A stretch of 64,000 bases of DNA from Balamuthia mandrillaris (taxonomy: Eukaryota): NCBI GenBank assembly GCA_031835245.2, contig JAVKOQ020000057.1, positions 1 to 64,000 of the forward strand, in the 5' to 3' direction. The translations under genes were made by a program, and so were the position numbers. This document shows positions 48,418-62,206 of this stretch, piece after piece; within the stretch, counting starts at the first letter, position 1, and each line of letters starts with the position of its first letter. The notes below the pieces were generated by a model. That model saw nothing but the letters and a program-made list of their open reading frames with translations, was not told where the DNA came from and ran no database searches.

Positions 48418-51400
48418 GTCTCTCTCTGTCTCTTCGTTCTTTTCTCCTTTCGTCATTTGTTAGTTCTTTCAGCCCTTAACTTTGTGACATTGAATTGATT
48501 GTTTATATATATTAGCACCAATATTTTTTGCAGCTACTGCGGACGGCATCTTTGTCTACTTAGTAGAACAAAAGCTAAAAAAGAAACCTGCAAAGGGCAA
48601 AGGAAGAACCAGGGCCAAAAAGAAACGTCTCCTCACGGAAGAAGAAAGCTTTCGTTTGGTACTCCCCATTGGCGTACTTAACCACTCGGAAGGAATTAGC
48701 CCCACTCTCAAAGACTTGCATGTTCTTTCCGCTGATGTTGGCATCAACAAAGAAACCAACGAAAAAGAAGAGGACGAAGAAGAAATCGAAAGCGGAGGAA
48801 CGCGATATCGCAAGAAGAAGATGGAGGACTTACTTTTGGTGGGTGTTGCCAGCCACAAGATCTACGTGTGGTCCCTACGCATCAACACTTTACACCAAGT
48901 CAGAGAGACCCTGGCTGCTATGATGGAAAGTGATGTAGTGGTGGTGGAGGCTTCCTCCTCAGAAGTGGGAGCAGAGAACAGCAAAGTGCGAGACATGCGC
49001 CAACGAAACAAATTTTTGTTCCGAGTGCAACCTAACCTATTCTCCAAGAAGAAGAACGTTCCCGCTTCGATAGCGACCGATGCCTCGATAACAGCTTCTT
49101 CAGATCTTGCCGTCCATCACTCCAACGTTTTGTTTGGTGCTGGAGGGCGACCCATTCAAAGCGGAGACATCGTTGTTGACACCAAATACTTTTTCGTTCA
49201 TGAGTTCAGGAAAAACGAAGAGGATGATGGAGAACATCTTTGTTGCAGCGCTGTATTGGATGGTCCTTCTACTTCTTCAACTCAAGATGTGCGAACATCA
49301 GGAATAGGAAAGAAGAACAAAGAGGACGGAGAAGAAGAACCGAAACAACGAAGCAAAAGACTGACGACGTTTACTGAAGTCCTGCCTTATTCCTTTTTGA
49401 CTGGTTCTTCTACTGGCAACGTGCGTGCATGGAAACTAATGAAGAATGACGAGACGAACAAAAATGAAGAAGGAGACAAAGAACAACCTCTCAAGTTGTT
49501 ATGCGTTGCTGAGTTTAAAGCTCATGCTCCTCAAGCGGTGGACTCCATTTCCATCGCGCCAAGCAACAACCGCTTTTGCACCACAGCAGGCAATCAAGTG
49601 CGCATTTGGGAGCTGGAGTCCTCTGCGTGGCCTCAAGTTGAGTTGGAAGCAACTTCTTCGTTGTTGCTTCCACAACCACAACGACAAGAAACGGATGACC
49701 CTTCTTCGTCGACGCCCATACGAGCTGCTTGGTTGGCATTGGGAGATGGCAAAGCTCTTTTAGCATTAGGCAAGGAAGATGAGGTCAAGGTCTACAATGC
49801 GGAGAGCTCTCATCATAACAAGAGTTATTGTCTTCCCTGTTGGAAGGAGATAGCGCTCCTTCAGCTCTCTTCCTTTGACGTCCAATGGAACTCCCCGGCG
49901 TCATCTTCATTATCACCGTCATCTTCTTCTTCCACTTCCTCCTCCTCTTCTTATACTGAAGATGGTAATGCTAAACGTGGAATAGCTCGAAGTCTTGGCT
50001 CCAGTGGCTCAGCTTTATTAACGAGGAAGCACAATAACAATAATAATAATAGAAAGCTTATCACGTGCACGTCGCTGTGTTGGAAGCCAGACGGCACGTT
50101 GTTTGTGGCCACCTCCAATTCTCAGCTGTTAGTATTCACAAAGTGGCTAAAACAGTCGATTTCCGCAGCATTACCTTCTTCTTCACTACCATCTTCTGCT
50201 TCATCTTCGGCATCTTCTTCCCTGACGAACACCCCTCGATCAAGTCGCTACGACGCTATATTTTCTGCTGGTCGTAGCAACACTGACCAGACAAAAAAGA
50301 CCAATATTTGTTTCACAACAGGCTCACGAAATCGCAACATCTTCAATTCGGACGAGCTGCTTTCGAACCTCCTTCAAACGGCATCTCACCGACATTCTTC
50401 TTTACCTCTTTATCATCCTGTTGTATTGATGGAGTATCTTATGGAAGCAAATTTCACCTTAGTTGGCAAGATTCTCAACCATCTCTATCACAGTTTGTCT
50501 TCAGCGTGTGCGAAGAACAACAACAGTAACTGTGATACGCAACAGTATAACGTTGTGGAACGTGTTTCTGTTCCTGATCTTTCCATCATTTTTGAGCACT
50601 CTGCTAGTTCCACATTTTCTTCTTCTTCGTCTTCTTCGACAACGTCAACATCAACTGAAGAGGCTGCACCGAGTAGTCAAGCGACGACGACATCTGCTGC
50701 GTCTGCCCTTTTTGCACCCGCCTCAACGTCATCTTATTCGAGTGCTTCCTCTCTTTTTGCTTCCTCTTCGACTACATCTCCCGCTTCTTCTTTGTTCTCC
50801 TCTTCTTCGCTTTTTTCGAGAGGCTGGGGCTCTTCGGCAACTTCAACAACCGCTTCATCATTGCACCCAACCAACAACGCTAGTAGCGATAGCGACAGCG
50901 ACAGCGATGATGACGCTGACGATAGCGATATGAGCGAAGAAGAAAAACAAGCTTTGGAGGAACGAAAGAAAGAGATTGAAGCCAAAGAGAGCGCTCTTGG
51001 AGAATTTACATCTGAGAAGGCAGAAAAACTGGCCGAGTTGCTAACAATGTCTTCCATTCCAGCAGTGTCTGGCCCTCTACAAATGCAACTCTTGGCTATC
51101 ATTGATACCTTTAAGCAAATGAAAGACGGACAAGGCGCATTGGATCATTGTGGTGTTCGTTTCACTCTTGCGGTGAAGATATTCAACTTTATGAAGCGTT
51201 CCTTGCCGCTACCTCTTCGTCCCACTTCTTTGGCTTCTAAAGAATGGGCATGGGCCTTGCATTCCGAAGCTCAAGAAACTTTGGTACGGAACCTCTCCAT
51301 GAAACAGAGAAAGCCATCAGAGACAAAAAAACAAATTTAATCTAATCTTTTTTTTTTCTGAAGGTGGAGTCTGTGGTTCCAAAGCAACCATCATGGGACA

Positions 51401-54400
51401 TGATCAAAGGACTAGGATTAGGCTACTGGTTGAAGAATCCAACCACAGTACTCTCTGTTACAGAAAACATGGCGCGAGCCCAGTTTTCGGAAAAGAAAGA
51501 CCCATGCGACTGTGCTCTGTTCTACCTGGCTATGGGCAAGAAGAGTCACCTCGTCGGTCTGTTCAAAGCTGTAAAGAATGAAAAGTTGTTCAACTTTTTC
51601 AGCAACAATTTTGAAGGTTTGTTGAGCAACAAAAAACAAAAAAAAAAAAGCAGATCTAACTTTTTCACAAACAAAAGGACCAGAAAACGAGCGCTGGAGA
51701 ACAGTTGCCCTCAAAAACGCCTACCATCTGCTCTCCAAGCAAAGTTTCTGGTTGGCTGCTGCTTTCTTCCTCGTTGCCGGTAAGAGCAACCTCTCCAAAG
51801 TGCTCAACATTTGCTTGAAGAACTTGCAAGACACACAACTGGCTCTATGGGTCTGTCGCCTCGTGGAGGGAGAGCCAAGAGATGACGTTCTGCCCGCGAT
51901 GTACAAACAAGTATTGGAGGAGCATGTCATTCCAATGGCACAAGCGCAGGGAGATATTTGGTTAGAGAGCATGGGTTTATGGCTTTTGAGGCGATATCAA
52001 GACGCGCTGAAAGTTTTGGTGGATGCAAAGGGAGACGACAGTGACGACAAACAACAAAAAGGACAAGGCGGTAGAAGTAGTTTACGTTCTTCTGCTTCTT
52101 CATCACCTTCTGCTGTTTCTTACGCCAACAGATCTTCTCCAGTTGCCGCTGGCTTGTCTGCATCTTCTTCTACTACTTCATCTCCATCTTCTTCTCGTTC
52201 TCAACAATTGTCGATCACCCAAAAACTTCCTTCTCACTTGGACTTTCCTCAAACAACGATTGATGCTCAAGCTTCTTCGTCCAAGACCTCCTTCTCTGCT
52301 TCTGTTCTCTATTATTATCGCTTCCTCAAAACAAACAAAATGCTACGCAACTTTACGACTAAGAGTGAATGGGACGAGGCTCTTCAACGCAAAAGTGTCT
52401 ATACCTATTTGCACAATGGCAGCTCTTTACACGCCCTCGCTTTGCTCTTAGAGGAAAGCAAACGTTGGAGAAAATCTGGCTCCATCATCGCAGCAGCTAA
52501 TGTTCCTACAAATGAAAAGAAGCAAACGACGACAACGAGCTCTTCGGCGATGTCGTGGAAATATGGATGGAGTGATTCAGAGAGCGAAAGCGACTCGGAT
52601 AGTGACTCAGAAAATGGCAGTGGTAAAAGTGAGAAAGACAAGAAACGAATTGAAGCGGATGCCAATGCTGTCAACCTACAATTGAAAAAGGAAGTTTGTC
52701 TGCAGGCTATTGTTCAGTACCTGACTACTGTACGTCAAATTATCCTCTTCTCTCTTCTATCGCTTTGTGATCGTTGTTATTTCTTGTTTTGTTCTCATTC
52801 CATTTTCTGACTCTCTGTTACAAAAACAGCAAATTGAAGATATAAAGGAAGACAATTGGACCATCTGCCAAACACAACTCATCAGCAACATTGACTGTTT
52901 GAGTCGGACTTTCTACATCCCAAAGCGGGTCATTATCGAAGCCTTGAGCAGCTACTGCGAACACCGACTGCACTTGCGCACGCGCTGTGCGCTGCTCACT
53001 CACACCAATTTTGGAGAAGCCGGTGTAACACTACAACGCAAAGCGTTGTTCCGAACAGCAATGCAAATCATCGCTCTTCCCAGAAAAGCCATTCTGGCCA
53101 GTCATATGCCTTCTTTCTCTGATTCGACTTTGACCTCTACTTCCTCTTCGACTTCTGTTGCTACCTTGTCTCCTGCTTCCATCGATGGAGGAATGTCACC
53201 ATCAGGAACAACAAGTGCCGTCCACATATTTAAAGCCATTTGCGAGTTATATCACTCCCTACTGAGCTACGCTCAAGATCTGGCTTCCTTCAAGGCATCT
53301 CCTTCTTTCTCTTCAAAAGCTTCGGAAGAGGAAGAAGAGAACGACACATCGAAACCACTCGCTCTTAGAAGAGCTGCTGCAGCCAACAAGAGCAGGGAGG
53401 AAGAAGCGGCAGAGCAGAAACGTTTCGGATTTGAGATGGAAGTGAAAGCTTGCGTTTTGTTCGGATGGTTGATGGTGGCGCTAAGCCAAGGCAACTATGC
53501 AGCCCTACACACGATTTTACGTATTTCTGTACCATCTTCTTCATCCACTGGAGAAGGACTGTTTTATCGTAAAATGGACAACGTCAATGCGATCATGGAA
53601 CTCATTCGGTGCATTCGGTCACAGCAAGAGCAAGATCAAAAACAAAGAAGAGGGTATGACGCAAAGTTCAACGATGAGAGAAAAGATGGCGAAGGGGAAG
53701 AAGCAGAAGAGGAAGAGGACGAGGAAGATGTGTGGGTCTCAACCAAATACTCTCACATCAAGAAGCATATTCCAACGAAATACGCTTCGAACCAAAAACA
53801 AAAAAAGAAGTACAACAAAGCGAAAGTTGAGAAGAATCGCAGAGAAGTGGAAGCTTTCCTACGTGCTGTGCTCAAGTTGTTAGTTGTGCAAACGTTTACG
53901 GATCATATCGCCACATCTCTCGTGGAAGGCTATTCTCTCTTCGAAGCTCAACATAAACATTATCATCACCATCATCACAAAGATTCCTCTTCATCTTCTT
54001 CCTCAAAACTGGAACGAGCGCATGAAGTTTGTACCAAATTAGGAGCTGCATTGCTTGCCATGCTAAGCCATTGGACTTCTCATTTAGAGCACAAGATGAA
54101 GAGCAAGGCCACTCCCTATGTCATCAAGCAAGTGAAGGAATGTCACCGTCAGTCTTCGTCCTTGTCTTCATCATTTGATTCTTCCTCAACTGTGGAGGAA
54201 GAAAGCAAATTGGATCCACGTTTCAGTAGTGGTATTCTTTCATCAGAAAAGCTGTCGGTGACAACGGATGGAGAGATTGCAGCAACAACAGAACTTCCTG
54301 CAGCTACCTTGGACGCTTCTGCTTCCTTGCTTTCTCCTTCCTCTTCGTCGCCGTCATTAACTTCATTGGAACACCTTTCCACATCGACGCTGAACGAAAC

Positions 54401-56308
54401 TAAAGAGGAAGAACAGCTCATACCATCACCGTCATTAAGATCTTCTGCATCATCCATGACCAGATCCGCTTCTACCCCCAATTTCAACCAACGTCTCAAG
54501 ATGAAACGTAGCTTAGTGTTCAACTCCATCAAGAACACCGTCAGAGGCAGCCCTTCTTCCGTCGGAGAGGCCTTCTCTGCTCTAAGCAGCAATAACAGTG
54601 CCACACAAAGCAGTGAAGGACAAAAGTTTCCTTCTTTCACTTCTTCCACTCCTGTATTCACCTCCGTCTCTCGACTGATGAAGAGCAGCGGTGCTCTTTA
54701 CTCGACGAATCAGAGTGGCTCTGTTTCACTGACATCTTCCTCTTCTTCATCTGTCACTATCGATGTTGCAAGTGCAGCTATAAGCTTACCGGTGTTGTGG
54801 AGTTTTATTGGTGATCAACGACAAGTCGTAAATGCCTTTGACCGAAAAGCTTCATTCCTGCATTCTAAGGTTGTTCTCATTCTTCTATTATGTTACTTAT
54901 TTCTTTCTTTCTCTTATTCATTCGATCATCGGAAAAAACAGGCGACAAAAGAAAGTAGGCCATCGCTCAAATTCTCACAACCGCAAGTACTCTATCGCGA
55001 CAAAGATCGAGACATCGTCCAATCTTTCTGCGTAAGCTCCAACGAAGCCAATATCGCCGCCGCCACTCTAAGCGGTATGAAAGAAATCAACACTCTTTCT
55101 CCCTCTTCTTCATCAACCCCTTCACTGTTGCTCCCTTCCTCCTCCGTAAGTGACTTTTACGATCCTTCATCTTCCTCCACTTCTGCTTCTGCTGCTTCAT
55201 CGCCAATCTTCCAACAACGCGTCATCAACAAACGAATGATTTTTGATGTCAACGAACACCCCATTCACGCTTCTTCATCTGCTTCTTCTGCTACCTCTCC
55301 TTCCTCTTCTAATGTGTTACAATGGGTGGAAGCGCATCCAGCCTATCCTTACTATCTCACCGGTGGAGTGGATGGAGGAGTTTATCTTTGGCAGTTCAGC
55401 AATGAGGCGGCGTTGTGTTCCTATCGTAAGGCACCCAGCCCTCGCGTTATGAGGATCCACTTCAATGCCAGCGGCTCCAAGTTTGGAGCTTGTGACCTGG
55501 AGGGCATGTTGCAGCTGTGGCGTTTTCATGCGGACGAAGATGCACAACATCCTTTCTTTGTACGTGATTTCTTTCTCTCATTCAGCTCGCTCCCGTTCTT
55601 GAGACCGTTTCTTATTTTATTGCAAAACAAAGTCTACACGAGCGCACACCAAACGAACATTCGACTTTGCATTTCTAAATAATGGCAGCTTTTTAGCCAC
55701 GGCTGGTTCTTCTGTTGCTGGTCCTTTAGGGTTGGTTTTTCCCCCATCTTCTCTATTTCTTATTCTGTCTTCCTTTGTCTTTCTTTTCCAATCTTAATCT
55801 TTTTCCATCAGACGCCGAAACGTGGCGCTTTGGGATACTCTCTTGGCCAACCCGAAAGTGAGATCGTTCAACTGCCAAGAAGGCGGTGCCTACTCCATCG
55901 TTTACTCGCCACGTCACCAAATGCTCATCTCAGGAGGAAAGAAAGGAGACATCTGTCTCTTCGACGTGAGACAGCGAGTTTTGATGTCGACGTTGAAAGC
56001 GGCCCATCAGGGCACTATAGGATGTTTGGCCATCTCGCCGATGGAAAATATGGTTGCTTCCGGATGCAGCGATGGCAGCGTCAAGGTATGATTTTTGCTC
56101 TTTATTTGTGGTTTTGTGTCAACGGTAACAAAATAACAAACACCACAACAAAAGCTGTGGGAATTGGGAGGAGGCAATCTCGTGGAGAGGATCCATTGGC
56201 AAGAGGCTCACGAGTCGCGCACTTTTCTGCGCGCTTCCGGACCGTTCTTCCATCGTCCTGTACGTACCCGTTCTTTCGATGTTTTCTTATTTTATTTTTG
56301 TTTTCCCT

Positions 56309-56354
<46 letters not shown>

Positions 56355-56583
56355 GCTCTTATCTAATTGATTTCGCAACAAAAAGTTGAGCACGTGGGGA
56401 GTAATGGATCTAAAACTGACGAACAAGCGATTGTATTCAAGCGGTGCGGATGGAAAGGTTTTGGTGCGTTACATCCTCTCTGGCAACGAAGATGATGAGG
56501 ACGACGACGACGACGATGACGAGGAAGAGAGCGGGGAGCAGCGTGCTCCTTCACCTTCCTCCGTCAACGATGTGCACGTTTAA
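45200..56583 (+). CDS. DMXL: DmX-like / rabconnectin-3 alpha / Rav1 WD40 protein (V-ATPase assembly), many exons
   Basis: N-terminal WD40s. Rav1-C region LPLYHP..L.EYL, LDHCGVRF, WALHSEAQETL, LGLGYWL, DPCDCALFYLA, W..VALKNAY. C-terminal WD40s (EAHP..PYYLTG, VALWDTL, ISGGKKGDI). Confidence 0.9.
45296..45468 (+). repeat. 78-bp tandem duplication in the first DMXL intron
   Basis: GTGCAACAAATGGAATCTTCTTACCGATTTTCAATGGTCGAACTCTTGATGATGA starts at both 45318 and 45396. Confidence 0.9.
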
Positions 56584-56816
56584 TCCAACCAACCAAAAAT
56601 CAATGATTTTTGTTTTTTGATTGGTGCTTTGATATAAAAATGAGATTGATTGCACTTATTTCGTGACGTCATGTGATGTCGACAATAAATAAATGCCCAA
56701 CAATGATGTCGACGGATAATGTCGGCATTTATGTATTGTGTTGGGTGACGTCACCGGGAAACAACAAAAATTCCTTTTGTCGACAGCGAAAGAAAACGAT
56801 TTGAAAAAAAAAAAGA

Positions 56817-59402
56817 ATGAGAGAAGAGGAGAGGAGGAGGCGAGTCCTGAAGCTGAAGGAGCTGTTCCCAGAGAGGGAGGACGCGGAGATCGAGCAGGCC
56901 CTTCTCGACAATGCCTTTGTGCTGGCCGAAGCCATCGACAGTTTGATCGAAAGCCACTCTCAGCCGCCACAAAGACCACAAGCCACAGCAACAACGCAGA
57001 GAAGATATCACAACCGCAGCAAACCCAGGGAAGGATGGGTCGTCCTTTCCAGAGAGATGACCGGAAATGCTGCTCCTGTTGCTTCTGCTTCTTCTTCCTC
57101 CTCCACAAAAGACCAACAACAACAACAACAACAAAAAGAAAATGAGATTTTTCAAAGCTGCTTGTGGGAAGACCCCAAAGACTTTTTTGGTGACTTTGAA
57201 AAATCTTCATCTTCCTCCCCCTCTTCCTCCTCCTCCTCCTCCTCTTCTTCTTCTTCTTCTTCTTGTTCTTCTTCTTCTTCTTCTTCTTCTCGATGCAACG
57301 ACAAGCAAAAGACAGAGACGGAGAACGAGAAAAACAACAAGAGGCCAACCATAACCCCTTATTCTTGTTCTTCTTCTTCTTCTTCTTCTTCTTCTTCTTC
57401 TTCTTCTTCTTCTTCATTCTTCCCTTTTAACTTTTTGAGGAGAGGGGAAGAAAAGAAGGAAGTGGCGGTACCACCCCCTTGGGACAACAACAAGAAGGAG
57501 GAGCCAAAAGCAGAAGCAAAGGAGGAAGACGAGAAGGAGAGAGAAGCAAAGAGGCTGTTGGCCGGTTTGTACGAACAACTGGTGGCTTCTTCTTCGTCGT
57601 CGTCGTCCTCTCCTTCGGCGTCACTGCAAAGACAAACGGTGCAGGGCATGCGCGTGGTCCCCTTTCAACTCTCCGCTGCGGAGGCTAAAGCGGCGTTCAT
57701 GAAGTGGCGCTCCTCTCTTTGGTACTTTTTCCCCCTTTCCTTCTTTCCTTCTTTCCTTCTTTCTTTCTTTCTTTCTTTCTTTCTTGTCGTTTCTTTCTTT
57801 CTTGTCGTTTCTTTCTTTCTTTCTTTCTTTCTTTCTTGTCGTTTCTTTCTTTCTTTCTTTCTTGTCGTTTCTTTCTTTCTTTCTTGTCAATTCTTCTTCT
57901 TTCCTCTTTCTTCTGGGCTGACTCTTTAACGAAAAAAAAAAAAAAATAGGTTTGCTCCAACAAACTTTAGCCAAATGTTGGAGGAAGGAGAGGAACAAGT
58001 CCTTCCAACGTATGTGCCTTACTACTGCGTGCTGCCCGCTTGTAGTTCTCGCTGGAGAGCAATCATTCGTAGACGTCGTCGAAGACCATCCTCCACCACA
58101 CTGAAAGAACTCAAAGATGGAGAACCAGAGGAAGAAGAGGAGGAGCGAGTGGCCATTTCTGGTGCTTTAAACACTGTTCATGACAGCATCATCATCAACG
58201 CGTGCGCAGATCTGATGGCCACCATCGAAATGGAACAATTGCAACAGCAACCTCCTCAGCAACAAGCCCAACGGCAACATTTACGTTATTCGTGGCAAAA
58301 GAGATCGAGCAGCGGCAGCGATATAGCGATGATGATGGAGGCATCAAAGACTAGAACAGAGCAGCTGTTGCAAAAGATAGAAGATTGGGATCCGGAGAAG
58401 TCTATTGCTGTTGCCGACGTTCCTTCTTTCTGTTGTTCCAACAGTTACACGAAAAGAGGTGAAGAAATTTTAGCTTCGAAAGGTCCTCTTCTATCGAAGA
58501 AAATGCTGTCGTTGCAAACTGTTTGGAGGGGCATTGAGAACGACGTTCAAGCCAACGACACGGAGATTTGTAAGAAGGAGATTGCCAAGAACTACTCATT
58601 GCCTTCGACTCGGTCCGTGGAGAGCTTCGAGTTCACAAGCTTGTCTTACGCTAAGACCAAGTATACCATTCTTTGGCTCCCCATCTACGTCTGTTCTTAT
58701 TACTGTAACGATCCACGCCAACAATCCTCTTCTTCGCCCTCGTTGAACTCTGTGGCTCAGCAGCAACAACAGCGATACCTGTTTATTATGAACGGACAAA
58801 CTGGTGCCACTACTGGAGAACGACCTTATGGCCTTGGTTTGTTGTCCTTCTTTTCACTTATTCTCCCTTTTCCTTTCTCCTGTCTCCTTTTCTTTGGTGT
58901 TTCACCTTTCTTAAGAACTTGCTTCGCTTTATCTTTAGGCAAAGTATTAGGAAGAGGAATGCGATTGTTGGAAGGAGTGTTTGGCCTCCGCGAACAAACT
59001 GAGTGCACCATTCTAACAGGGAGCGCCCTCTCCGTTCTCGACGACACCTTTAGCTGCTATAGCGAGCAAGCTCACTATGTGGTCTTCCCTCCGTCTCACT
59101 CCTATCTCATTACCAGAGACACTGGCTTCCTCGTTCTTCGCAACAAGTCCTCCTCTTTGGCGGTCGAACTCCGTTCGCAGCAAAGAGAGAGCAAAGAAGC
59201 TGCTGTCGGTGTTTACACTTTGAAAGCCGGCGAGGAAGCTTCGTTTCCGTTCAAAGGACACTGGTGCATCGAAGTGGAGGTAAGAGGAGGAAGCAAGAAG
59301 GTGGACCCGAAGGAAGTCTTGGAGATTGTGGATTGCCAAACGGATTCTGGGAGTGCTTTGCCGGATTTGCTTCGTATGGTATCTTCTCTATCTTCTTCCT
59401 AA
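56817..59402 (+). CDS. CUE-domain protein with an uncharacterised C-terminal region
   Basis: LKELFPEREDAEIEQALLDNAFVLAEAIDSLI (CUE). Later motifs are VPFQLS..EA..AF.KWRSSLWFAP, YVPYY, LWLPIY and YLFIMNGQTG...GERPY. Confidence 0.7.
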
Positions 59403-59485
59403 TTGAACGAAGGAAAGAGAAAGCACAAAAAAAAAAAACTAGATTGTTCATTTTGTAAATAACAAAACAAAAGCATTTTACCTGT

Positions 59486-60792
59486 TTAACTGTGTCTATC
59501 CTTGGCGAGTTGTGCAAACGGGTCGTCGTCATCGTCTTCTTGGTTTGGTGGTTGAGAAGAACTGTTTGTCGCTGGTTCTGCTGCCAACATCGCAGTAGAG
59601 GCAGAGGGAGGAGAAACTGAAGAAGGAAAAGAAGAAGTTAACGAAGCAAAGAAATCATCAGCAGCAGAATTGTTGGTAGCTGTGGCTGTTGGAAATGATG
59701 ATAAAGCAGAGGGCGGTTGTTGGGGAAAAGGAGAAGAAGAAAAAGAGGCAGGAGCAATCGAAGCAGCAGTAGGCACTGCTTCGAGAGGAGCAAGTAAGGA
59801 AGGACTTGTTGCTGCACCAGACCAGCCTGTGAGACTTGTTGCGGCAGAAGAAAAAGCAGTGGTAGGGGAAGAAGCTGAAGAAGGTGAGGAACAAGACGGA
59901 GATACTGTCAATCCACCAAAAATTTCGTCCAGTAATGATGCAGTGGTGGAAGAAGAGGAAGAGGAAGAAGTATGTGAAGAGGAAGGAGGATCGCTGTCCT
60001 TTCTTCTTTGCATTTGTGGCGAACCAAGTGCGTGCTTGGCTCGAGGCGGTTGTCGCAAAAGCGGAACTGGCGCTTGCTCTTCACTGCTTCCATTACCACT
60101 GCTTGTAAAATCTAACAACTGTTCCATTGTCTGTCCGTTGGTTTCTTTATCTTCTTGCTTTGTTTTCTTGTTATCACCAGGTGATGACGACAATGCTTTC
60201 TCCTCTTGCTCCTCTTCCTTTGCAACAATGGCAGCAATGGCTTCGGGAGAGGTATAAGGAATGCCTTTCAAGAGGTCTTCGTAGATGGCAAATGCGGTCT
60301 GTGCTTGGTCGTTGCATTGCAAGAGGATGGCCAGCAGATTCTCGCTGAGGTCAGGCCGTTGCTGAACGATGGAGGAGAAGCGAGGCTGAACATCCTTGCA
60401 AAGAGCCAACAGCTCTTGCACCACATCGTTTTTCTTGACGTCCTCTTTGGAGGGATCAACACAGCTCAGCATGTCGATGAGGAGCTTGATATTGTTTTGA
60501 GCGAGGCGTAACTCCTTTTCCAGTTTTTGCTCTCCGGGTTTGGAGGCTTGTGCGGTGGGAGAAGTTGTGTTCCTTAGAGAAGTGCGCTGAAATAAAGGAA
60601 GAAAGAAAAACGACGAAGATAATGAGACAATTTGCAAGAACGTAACAGTGAGAAGTGATACAAACGCTTTGTTCGATCAATTTGGTATCATCCGTAGAAG
60701 GTTTAGGAAAGGATACTCCTTCTTTGACCATTCGGTCATGGATTTGTTTAAAACTCAGATCCTGCCTTTACTCGATATTTTAATATGCACAC

Positions 60793-60834
<42 letters not shown>

Positions 60835-61054
60835 AGAGGTGCATAGAGAACAAAAAACAGAGAAAAAAAACAAGACAAAGTAATAATAATGAACCTGTGT
60901 CGAAACACGTGAGCCCATGAAACTATCATTTCCAAAAGTTTCTCTCGAACCAATATATGGGTCTATTTGAAGGGTTGGGTATTGGAAGAGAGAATGAAAG
61001 AGAGATACAACAAGAGAGATAACAGAGAGAAGAGAGAGAGAAGAGAGAGAGAAT

Positions 61055-61093
<39 letters not shown>

Positions 61094-61834
61094 GAGAATC
61101 GTAAGAGAACAATAAGGAAGTAAAGAGCGAAAACTGAATAAAGGAAGAAAGTGAGGAGAGACGAGAGGCGAGCTTTTGTAGAGAACAAGAGCAGACCTTC
61201 TTTGCTTGAGCGATTTTTTTGAGCAAAGTGAGAAAGCCTTTGGAGCCAACATAAGGATGACACGCTGGACAGTTCTTCACGCATGCTTCCAACAACTTGT
61301 TATAGATATTTAAATGCGCAGCGTTAACAGCTTATACAAAAAGTATAGAAGAAAACATACACACAAGGAGAGGGAGAGGGAGAGAGAGAGAGAGAGAGAG
61401 AGAGGCAGCGGAGCATAACGAGAGTAACAGAAGAGAGTAAGAGAGAGAACAAGAGCAGAGTGAAGAGAGCGAAGATCAATTTTAAGGAGGTACCTCCAAA
61501 GCACGAAGATTGACTTCTTTGTCAGGATGTTCGAGTCGCAATTGCAGCGTTGCCAAGGCATCTGGAATGCTGCACACCCAAAAGTCATAGAGAAGGGAGA
61601 AGAGAGAGGGGAGAAGCAAAGAAAAGAGAAGAGAAGAGAAAGCCACATTAGTTTGAGGATCAACAACAAAAAAAAAAGTTTCTCTCTCTTCTTTTTTGTT
61701 GTTGTCACTCACGAGCGAGGTCTAGATTTGAGAAGCTCCACGATCTGCAAAATGACGTCCCAGTCAGGACCCAGAAGCAAGCTATCCGTGGCTCGCTCCA
61801 CCAACGCCTCCATCGTCATCGTTGCTCCTGCCAT
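59486..61834 (-). CDS. TOM1: TOM1-like VHS-GAT adaptor
   Basis: VERATDSLLLGPDWDVILQIVELL and LLEACVKNC (VHS); DVVQELLALCK.VQPR and LLQCND (GAT); low-complexity tail ending DDDPFAQLA. Confidence 0.85.
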
Positions 61835-61947
61835 TTTTATTTTATTTTTTTTTTTGGTATTTTTTTTTGTGTTTTTTCACAGAGCAGCCGCTTAATAATA
61901 TCTGTAACGGTAATCTGCACTCAAATCGGAAGTACAATATTTCATTC

Positions 61948-62029
61948 GCACGGATGGCCGAGCGGTCTAAGGCGGTAGCTTCAGGTGCTATTATCTTCGG
62001 ATGCGTGGGTTCAAATCCCACTCCGTGCA
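61948..62029 (+). tRNA. tRNA-Leu(CAG)
   Basis: Acceptor stem GCACGGA/TCCGTGC, D-arm GCCGAGCGGTCTAAGGC, anticodon stem GTAGC/GCTAT with loop TT-CAG-GT, long variable arm, T-loop GGTTCAAATCC, and a T-run terminator at about 62035. Confidence 0.95.
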
Positions 62030-62206
62030 ATTCGTTTTTTTTAAATCGTTATTTGCTTCTTCCCTTTTTTTCTGCTTCTCCTCTCTGCGGTAAGAAAGAA
62101 GGCCGATTGTAGGAGGTTTACACGGTTCTTCTTCTGCCTGCCGTGTGTCTCTGGCCTACACAACGTTGCGTTTTTTGTTACAAAATATGCAATGCAGCAA
62201 ACAACG

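Noticed and set aside
61948..62029. tRNA-Sec or opal suppressor (TCA is visible in the anticodon loop)
   Set aside because: With the 5-bp stem GTAGC/GCTAT the 7-nt loop is TTCAGGT, so the anticodon is CAG. The 7-bp acceptor stem and the D-arm are typical of tRNA-Leu.
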